Shown one piece after another: positions 36,923 to 45,929 of a stretch of DNA of 49,663 nucleotides. Each line of letters opens with the position of its first letter. Position 1 is the stretch's first letter. Both the position numbers and the translations under genes were made by a program. The stretch covers positions 74,940,117 to 74,989,779 of the forward strand of contig NC_057718.1 of assembly GCF_004010195.1 (NCBI RefSeq), written 5' to 3'. The DNA comes from Chiloscyllium plagiosum. Taxonomy: Eukaryota. The notes below the pieces were generated by a model. It was not told where the DNA came from. It was given only the letters and a program-made list of their open reading frames with translations, and did no database searches.

Positions 36923-37312
36923 GCTGAAAAAGTGTTGCTGGAAAAGCGCAGCAGGTCAGGCAGCATCCAGGGAACAGGAGAATCGACGTTTCGGGCATAA
37001 GCCCTTCTTCAGGAATGAGGAAAGTTTGTCCAGCAGGCTAAGATAAAAGGTAGGGAGGAGGGACTTGGGGGAGGGGCGTTGGAAATGTGATAGGTGGAAA
37101 GAGGTCAAGGTGAGGGTGATAGGTCAGACGGGGGTGGGGGCGGAGAGGTCGGGAAGAAGATTGCAGGTTAGGAAGGCAGTGCTGAGTTCGATGGATTTGA
37201 CTGAGACAAGGTGGGGGAAGGGGAAATGAGGAAACTGGTGAAATCCGAGTTCATCCCTTGTGGTTGGACGGTTCCTAGGTGGAAGATAAGGCGCTCTTCC
37301 TCCAACCGTCGT
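36923..37312 (-). mobile_element. Young PLE family-A 3' end (GIY-YIG C-terminus, UTR, intact hammerhead at ~36981-37016), truncated by the gap
   Basis: RRLEEERLIFHLGTVQPQGMNSDF. Reverse complement ATTCCTGAAGAAGGGCTTATGCCCGAAACGTCGATT. Confidence 0.88.
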
Positions 37313-38283
37313 NNNNNNNNNNNNNNNNNNNNNNNNNNNNNNNNNNNNNNNNNNNNNNNNNNNNNNNNNNNNNNNNNNNNNNNNNNNNNNNNNNNNNNNN
37401 NNNNNNNNNNNNNNNNNNNNNNNNNNNNNNNNNNNNNNNNNNNNNNNNNNNNNNNNNNNNNNNNNNNNNNNNNNNNNNNNNNNNNNNNNNNNNNNNNNNN
37501 NNNNNNNNNNNNNNNNNNNNNNNNNNNNNNNNNNNNNNNNNNNNNNNNNNNNNNNNNNNNNNNNNNNNNNNNNNNNNNNNNNNNNNNNNNNNNNNNNNNN
37601 NNNNNNNNNNNNNNNNNNNNNNNNNNNNNNNNNNNNNNNNNNNNNNNNNNNNNNNNNNNNNNNNNNNNNNNNNNNNNNNNNNNNNNNNNNNNNNNNNNNN
37701 NNNNNNNNNNNNNNNNNNNNNNNNNNNNNNNNNNNNNNNNNNNNNNNNNNNNNNNNNNNNNNNNNNNNNNNNNNNNNNNNNNNNNNNNNNNNNNNNNNNN
37801 NNNNNNNNNNNNNNNNNNNNNNNNNNNNNNNNNNNNNNNNNNNNNNNNNNNNNNNNNNNNNNNNNNNNNNNNNNNNNNNNNNNNNNNNNNNNNNNNNNNN
37901 NNNNNNNNNNNNNNNNNNNNNNNNNNNNNNNNNNNNNNNNNNNNNNNNNNNNNNNNNNNNNNNNNNNNNNNNNNNNNNNNNNNNNNNNNNNNNNNNNNNN
38001 NNNNNNNNNNNNNNNNNNNNNNNNNNNNNNNNNNNNNNNNNNNNNNNNNNNNNNNNNNNNNNNNNNNNNNNNNNNNNNNNNNNNNNNNNNNNNNNNNNNN
38101 NNNNNNNNNNNNNNNNNNNNNNNNNNNNNNNNNNNNNNNNNNNNNNNNNNNNNNNNNNNNNNNNNNNNNNNNNNNNNNNNNNNNNNNNNNNNNNNNNNNN
38201 NNNNNNNNNNNNNNNNNNNNNNNNNNNNNNNNNNNNNNNNNNNNNNNNNNNNNNNNNNNNNNNNNNNNNNNNNNNNNNNNNNN
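37313..38283. other. Assembly gap (N run), followed by a (GT)n microsatellite to ~38350
   Basis: Run of n characters. Confidence 0.99.
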
Positions 38284-38519
38284 NGTGTGTGTGTGTGTAT
38301 ACGTGTGTGTGTGAAACAGAAAGAGAGTGGGTGTGTGTGTATGTGTTGTGTGGGGAGGGGATAATTTATTCAACACTCAGAGACCTTTATCTGATCATTG
38401 ACGCACATGGAAGACAGTACCGTTCAGCACTGATGCACTCTGAATTAGCGTGACTCACTACTTGAACCCTGAACGCTGATTTACAATATTGTGGGCAAAA
38501 TGCCTCTTTAGAAAGTTCT

Positions 38520-39145
38520 AATCTGGGTTGATACCCCAGTGTAGTCCTGAGCAGGGGTGTGCAGTCAGAGGCGAATTGTTAAGAAAAAAGGTCGCATCTA
38601 TCTGGCATGGTAGCTCAGTGGTTAGCACTGCTGTCTCACAGCACCAGGGTATTGCATTTGATTCTACCGTTGGGCGACAGTACATTCTCCCCATGTCTGT
38701 GTGGGTTTCCTCTGGGTGCTCAGGTTTCCTCCCACAATCCAAAGACATGCAGGGTACGTGAACTGGTCATGCTAAATTGTCATAATGTTCAGGTTAGGTG
38801 CATTAGTCACGGGTAAGTATAGGATAATAGGATAGGGGAATGGATCTTCAGAAGATTGGTGTGGATTTGTTGAGCTGAAGGGCCTGTTTCCACACTGTAG
38901 GGATTCTATGATTCTATCCTCTCAAGTGGAGGGAGAAGATACCATAGCACAATTTTAAAGAATAGTAAGGGAGTTAACCCTGGAGTCCTGACCAATCAAC
39001 ATTGCAAAAGCAGGTCACTTGGCAACTATCATATTGCTGTTTGTGGGAGCTTATTGTGCCCTGTTTCATTGGCTGAGTAAAAAAAATTTCATTGACCGTA
39101 ATGAGCCTTGCTGAGGTTCATACAAATGTGACTTTCTTTCTTTAT
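38520..39145 (+). mobile_element. Deu-SINE (SacSINE1-like) interrupted by an HE1-like V-SINE (~38603-38915)
   Basis: Deu-domain-like GGGAGTTAACCCTGGAGTCCTGACCAAT...TATCATATTGCTGTTTGTGGGAGCTT...TTCATTGGCTG. The nested V-SINE has head, V-domain and tail. Confidence 0.7.
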
Positions 39146-39449
39146 GTATTCTATTTATTCATTAACAACTTCACTGAGGGGTGGCACTACAAACAATCCA
39201 TCTCTACCTTAATGATATTGTTGCATTACCTTGTAAGATTGACACCCAAATCTTCCCATCGCAGATATAAAGGTCTTTCTTGAAAACATCAAACCAGAGA
39301 CGGCTGGCTTCAGTCTCAGTGCAGGGTGGGTGGCTTCCAATTGTCACCTTCATGTCTGTTTCTGATTTCAACACAAGAGGAGATCAACAACGTTCGTATT
39401 TACCAGAGACGAGTCATTGAGTTAGACACTGTGTGGCTTCACTATGGCT

Positions 39450-39838
39450 AGGAGAAAGTGAGGTCTGCAGATGCTGGAGATCAGAGCTGAAAATTTCATT
39501 TCCCCTCCTCCCACCTTGTCTCAGTCAAATCCATCGAACTCAGCACCGCCTTCCTAACCTGCAATCTTCTTCCCCACCTCTCCCCCCGCACCCCAGTCTC
39601 GCCTATCACCCTCACCTTGACCTCTTTCCACCTATCACATTTCCGACGCCCCTCCCCCAAGTCCCTCCTCCCTACCTTTTATCTTAGCCTGCTGGACAAT
39701 CTTTCCTCATTCCTGAAGAAGGGCTTATGCCCAAAACGTCGATTCTCCTGTTCCCTGGATGCTGCCTGACCTGCTGCGCTTTTCCAGCAACACATTTTCA
39801 GCTTTGATCTCCAGCATCTGCAGACCTCACTTTCTCCT
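39450..39838 (+). mobile_element. PLE family-A 3' end with inverted 5' stub; hammerhead at 39713 with a G12>A substitution
   Basis: AGGAGAAAGTGAGGTCTGCAGATG... is inverted to ...CAGACCTCACTTTCTCCT. CTGAAGAAGGGCTTATGCCCAAAACGTC. Confidence 0.88.
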
Positions 39839-39854
39839 CAATTTAAACCATAAC

Positions 39855-40032
39855 CAATCCAGCTAATCTGCACATGTTTGGATTGTGGGAGGAAACCGGA
39901 ACATCCAGAAGAAAGCCGTGCAGACACAGGGAGAATGTGCAAACTCCACATAGTCACCACTCAAGGCTGGAATCAAATCCATGTCTGGCACTGTGAGGCA
40001 GCAATGTTAAAGATAGTGCCACCATACTGCCG
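39855..40032 (-). mobile_element. Diverged V-SINE
   Basis: V-domain and tRNA-like head on the minus strand. Confidence 0.8.
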
Positions 40033-42233
40033 TACAATGGGCAACATGAATTACATTGATAACAAACTCATTAATAATCATTGATTCAGCACCTATTCAC
40101 CCACTGTATTGAAGACACTGTGTTAGGAATGGGCAGGAAGGCAACAGGCTTGCCAACACTAACATTTCACACACTTCCAATCATCCCTCACCAATAACAT
40201 TTAAACCAGGGGAACATGAATATTGGTAGAAAAATCAATAGCAAAACCAAAAACACAGCAGTCATGTCATTGAACTAAACAATTAAGGTTACACAACAGG
40301 GGTGAAGGAAGAGATTTTTAAAATTGCGTTGAGACTTCATGTGATCATATTTGAAATATTTGGCAGAATTCCCAGGGCAGGTTGAGATGCAGATAGAGGG
40401 GCTTGTGTGTTCATGCGAAAGGCGATGGGGTGGAGATCTCGCTAGTGTCCTATCTTCACTGAATTAAGTCTGATGTGGGAGGTCCTGTGAATACCCTTTC
40501 GACGTGGAGTTTATTGAGTCCATATAAGGACCTCATCTGGCCACCACTGATATTCAACTCATCATTGCTGGCAGTACTGCAAATCCACTGATCTCTGAAT
40601 GGCTTGGAGCTCATGGGGGCAGGGTTTTTAACCTACTGAGGGATGAGAGACATAATGTTGCTTGTCTGATGGAAGTGGAGATGGATCCTGATTTGAATTA
40701 AATAGTATTGGCCCTTTTGGAGATTAGCAATAGAGGCTTCTCAATGGTTTTTTGACTGGTGGGTGAGATTGTTATTTCCCATATTAAATACGAACCATTT
40801 TGTCATGTTAGAGTACATTTACCTCACCAGCGGTATTATATATCAAAGAGTTTGTTAAGATACGATATATATTTCATCATGCTTTTGGGTAATGCTTTGG
40901 GACATTGCCCACATTAATGGAACTATATAAATGAAAATTGATTTAAACTTTAATATTAATGAATGCTCAGATGCATTAAAAAGCAATTCTGTGCTCTGGG
41001 ATTTCTTAGAGAAAATGAAAGAAGGCATGTGGAACCTTTGAAGGTTATGAAAATATTCAGCAAGTTGGAAGCATATACATTTTCTAACTATTGGTGCTGA
41101 CTCCAAATATATATGTCACATGTTGCATCATGTAAATTTGGCTACAAAGTGTATCATTTGTGAAAGATTGACCAACTAGCTTTCTTGTTCCTTGCTTTCG
41201 TAACATTAATTCTATTAGGAGTGGAAATTGAACATTTACAATAAATGACAATGATTAATTTACTACTTCAACTGGAGCATTAACAAATTTGTGAGTTGTC
41301 AGATAAAGGAACCTGGTGGTTGTGACAGAACTGCTGTAATGCCATTGTAAATAAATTCAAAAATTATAGACTTGAATTACAAGAGTAATTCCTCCCTCAC
41401 AATATGATGTGAAAATGTGAATTGTTGGCCACCGAAATTTCAATGACCCAGCTCCAATGACAGAACAGGGGAGGCAGGGGCCTGCGCAAGTGAAGTGTAT
41501 TCTTGCCTAGAGAATCTGACCCTATCCCCAAATGCCTAAACAGGAAGGACTGCCAGCAGAGATCATTGCTAAGGAATAATACTGTATAATTTACAATTAT
41601 TTTGTATTCTAAGTCACTGCATATGTCTACACCTATCTACAATTTACTGATATCAATCTACAGTAAACACTGACCCATGGTATGTTGCTTTAAATCTATT
41701 GTGGACAAAAACCTGGCATCTATTGCTATAAATGTTTGGTAGACATTCACTTCTTATATGTTGACATAAATTGATGATGAACACCAACCTAGCATAGGCT
41801 GGTATAAATTTAAAGAACCCACTGCTCTGACATGTACTGACATAAATCTGTGGTGGACACCTATCTAACTGATATTCCCATTCTTAAGAGAAGTAGGCAA
41901 TGATCAGTGTCACAGTAAGAAAACTACAGGCTCAAAAATAATAGAACAAGTATGAAATTGCTTAAATTTTTCTTTATAAAATGGTGCAGAAGGAAACACA
42001 ATGATTTATTCATTTCATCTAATCACTAGTAAGGTCAGGGAAGTGTGCTGTTTGATGTATAAATATTGTATTGTATCTGTGTCCCAGTGTAATGCTCATG
42101 GGTCATGAATTCAAATCCTACCACCTCAGCTGGTGGAACTTAAAGTTAATTAATAATTCTGGAATTGAAAGCTAGGGCAGAATTTTTCCAGCCCCTGAAC
42201 AACGTGGTCAATGACAAGTCAGTGGGAAAATAC

Positions 42234-42439
42234 GCTGAAAATGTGTTGCTGGAAAAGCGCAGCAGGTCAGGCAGCATCCAAGGAGCAGGAGAATCGATGT
42301 TTCGGGCATGAGTGTGAAGAAGGGCTCATGCCCGAAACGTCGATTGTCCTGCTCCTTGGATGCTGCCTGACCTGCTGCGCTTTTCCAGCAACACATTTTC
42401 AGCTCTGATCTCCAGCATTTGCAGTCCTCACTTTCTCCT
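42234..42439. mobile_element. Palindromic PLE family-A mini-element
   Basis: ~79-bp inverted arms. 13-bp TSD AGTGGGAAAATAC at 42221-42233 and 42440-42452. Confidence 0.88.
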
Positions 42440-42724
42440 AGTGGGAAAATACAGCAAGAATGGAAAAATTAAATCTTCGATAAATAATTCCCACTCTGTG
42501 TGTAAGATTTTAATGGCAAGATTAGAAACTTGCTTGTGAGCAGTAAAAAGCCTATGTGCATACATTAACATCCCAATACTTAATCTTGCCTCATTTATAT
42601 GTAGTTTGCTATTTCCCAGACAGTAAAGAGAAACTAAATGGCACCAGTTCTCGTCATGAAAATCTGAGTGAGTAGCTGATGGCTGCAATTTACTAGTGTC
42701 TTCTCTGGGCATCCAGAGAATGAA

Positions 42725-43050
42725 CATAGAATCGCTAAAGTGTGGAGACAGATCATTTGGCCCAACAAGTCCACATCGACCCTCTGAAGAGTAATCCATC
42801 TGGACCCGTTCCCCTACTACTTTACATTTACCCCTGACTAATGCACTCAACTCACACGTCGCTGAACACTATGGGTAATTTTGCATGGCCAATTCACCTA
42901 ACCTGCACATCTTTGGACTGTGAGAGGAAACCAGAGCATCCAGAGGAAACCCATAGGGAGAATGTGCAAACTCCACACAGACAATCACCCAAGGCTGGAA
43001 TTGAACCTGGCGCTGTAAGGCAGCAGTGCTAACCACTGAGCCACCATGCC
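42725..43050 (-). mobile_element. HE1-like V-SINE
   Basis: Head, V-domain and tail. Confidence 0.85.
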
Positions 43051-43074
43051 ATCCATCTTGGACAGCAGTGCCCA

Positions 43075-43358
43075 ACATAGAACATAGAAGAATACAGCGC
43101 AGTACAGGCCCTTCGGCCCTCGATGTTGCGCCGATCCAAGCCCACCTAATCTACACTAGCCCACTATCCTCCATATGCCTATCCAATGCCCGCTTAAATG
43201 CCCATAATGAGGGAGAGTCCACCACTGCTACTGGCAGGGCATTCCATGAACTCACGACTCGCTGAGTAAAGAACCTACCCCTAACATCTGTCCTATACCT
43301 ACCCCCCCTTAATTTAAAGCTATGCCCCCTTGTAATAGCTGACTCCATTCGTGGAAAC
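43075..43358 (-). mobile_element. 5'-truncated CR1 3' end
   Basis: TRGHSFKLRGGRYRTDVRGRFFTQRVVSSWNALP; (TTCTATG)n tail. Confidence 0.88.
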
Positions 43359-43979
43359 ATTTCAGGGCATGTTTCATAGAAGGGTCCACATGCATCCATT
43401 CCTTAGCCGTGTGTACAGGGGTAATGTGAGGACCCTTGATAAGGTTGACAGGGAGGAAAAAAGCAGAACCAAATGCAAGGTTAGCAGGAAAGAGGGGCTG
43501 GGGTGCGTGGCTGGATGTGGTGCACTCACATAGATTGAAAAACTGAGCCCATAGATCAGTCTGTGAAGGATTACCCTGTCATCATCTTCCCTCATCCAAA
43601 TCACAAATGCACAATGGAAATGAAAAATAGTTCCCATCGTATGCAGACTTTGAGAAGTACATTTTGTATCTTGAGAGGGGTAGGTTCTACCTGTGAATGA
43701 AGCGAGGATCTTCACAGGACAATTGCATTAATTAGATACCAATCAGTACAGATTGAAGACATCTGTATCACAGAATTCTGGAGGTCAAATTTGTGCAATG
43801 ACCAACCATGTCAACTAAAACCCTGGCACAAGCAATCTTGACCATATAATTGAACATTACAAGTAATGGCTATAAAGTAGAAGAAATGTCAGGTGAGTTG
43901 TAAAGTTTCAGTCAAAATTCCACAATTCATAAACACATTCCAAGGTCTTGTTATAGCCTGCACAAGGTCCAAGAGCTGT

Positions 43980-45015
43980 TCAGCTGGCTCCTATTTCAAG
44001 GATCACAATTTCCCCTCCCACATGGTCAACAATGCCCTCCAGCACATCTCCTCCACTTCCCACACCTCCATCCTTGGACCCCACCCCTCCAACCACGACA
44101 AGGGTAGTACCTCCTGGTCCTCATCTTCCACCACACTAACCTCCAGATACAATGCATTACTCTTCACCATTTCCACCACCTACAATCAGACCCCATCACC
44201 AGAGATATATTTCCCTCCCCACCCCATCAACATTCTGCAGAGACCATTCTCTCCACGACTCCCTCGTTAGGTCCACACCACCCACCAACCCACCCTCCAC
44301 TCCTGGCCCTTCTCTTTGCCACCACAAGAGGTGTAAAACTTGTGCCCATACTATCCCCCTCACCTCCATCCAAGGCCCCAAAGGATCCCTCCATATCCAT
44401 CAGAGATTTTCCTTCACATCCAAACACCTCATCTACTGTGTCTGTTGCTCTGAATGTGATCCCCTCTAAACTGGGGAGACTGGACACCAACCTACGGAAC
44501 GTTTCAGGGAACATCGCTGGGACACATGCACCAAACAATCCCACCGCTCTGTGGTCGACCATTTCAATTCCCCCTCTCAGTCCGCCAAGGACACATAAGT
44601 CCTGGGCCTCCTCCACCGCCAAATCCTAGCCTCCCAATGCCTGGAGGAAGAACGCCTCATCTTTTGCCTTGGGACCCTCCAAACACTGTAGTCAGAGCAC
44701 AAACAAAAAACATTTATACAGCATCATCCAAATGGTGGATCATGGACGCCTCCAACAAGGCAGACAATTGGGTGCCTCATGATGAAACGTTTATATTGTA
44801 GCCTGATTCAAAGTCAATTTAGCCTCATTCCCACCCTCTTATTTATCTCTCGGCCCCCTTCCCGCACCCCCACCATCGCCACATGCCTGATGAAGGGTTT
44901 ATGCACATAACATCAGTTTTTCTGCTGCTTAGATGCTGCCAGACCTGCTGTTCTTTTCCAGCACCACACCATTCGACTCTGATTCTTCAGCACCTGCAGT
45001 CCTCACTCTCTCCTA
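43980..45015 (+). mobile_element. Neptune-type PLE 3' portion: RT thumb, Cys-rich linker, GIY-YIG, decayed hammerhead (44887), terminus
   Basis: FKDHNFPSHMVNNAL; RDHSLHDSLVRS; CHHKRCKTC; HLIYCVCCSEC..L*TGET...RFREH...HFNS...LEEERLIFCLG. Confidence 0.85.
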
Positions 45016-45564
45016 CAAAATATCCACACCATTATTTTATATGTAATAGTGTCTTTCTTTGGTAAGTGGGTGTTGGGTTGGGGGTGGGGTGGGGAAAATA
45101 ATCACGTTCTTCCTACAACACTTACAATCTCTTATGATAAGTTTGCTCCATGATTTGTGTAGCACACATCAGAATCAGGCTACAATATAAATGTTTCATC
45201 AGGAGGCACCCAATTGTCTGCCTTGTTGGAGGCGTCCATGATCCACCATTTGGAAGATGCTGTATAAATGTTTTTTGTTTGTGCTCTGACTGCAGAGTAA
45301 TCACTTTACTGAAGAGCTACTCTGTTTCTGACGTTGTCCACATAGGCTCTTTGGAAACATCTGCAATGGATCTAGGCGCAGAACTTATTGCTGTCTCTGT
45401 GTCTGTTCCACTAAAATTGATGGAAAACATATGCTTTTGAAAGCCCAAAAGTCTCAACAACCTTTGAAAGATGCACAGAACTTTCCAGCAAAAGGTGCTG
45501 TCATGATTCAGAAAAACTGCAGGAAGTTCACAGTTGCTCATCTTCCATAAAATGCTGCAGATAT

Positions 45565-45606
45565 GAGAGAGAGAGAGAGAGCAAGCGAGAGAGAGAGAGA
45601 GAGAGA
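45565..45606 (+). repeat. (GA)n microsatellite
   Basis: Direct reading. Confidence 0.9.
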
Positions 45607-45929
45607 CAGTGATACCAGGTTCTGTACATAACATTTAAGAAGTACTTAGATGTGCACTTGTTAGGGGCCAACTGTTGGAAAATGGGACAAGAATATTTGG
45701 GTGTTTATTCTTGACTGGTGTAGACATGATGGGCCAAATGACTTTTTCTCTGCCGTTGATCTCCATGACTCTACAACAACACTATTGGCTGCAGCAAGCC
45801 AGGCAGAACTTCTAAGGCAACCACTTTCAATGAAACCAAACTGGGAGAAGTCATCATTTACTGATTGTAGATATGTTGATCTTGCTAAGGGCAATATGCC
45901 CTCTTTAATCTCAACTTCAAATGCAGCTT

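Noticed and set aside
37168..38376. 360-400 aa ORFs in the ORF track
   Set aside because: Artefacts of translating through the N gap.
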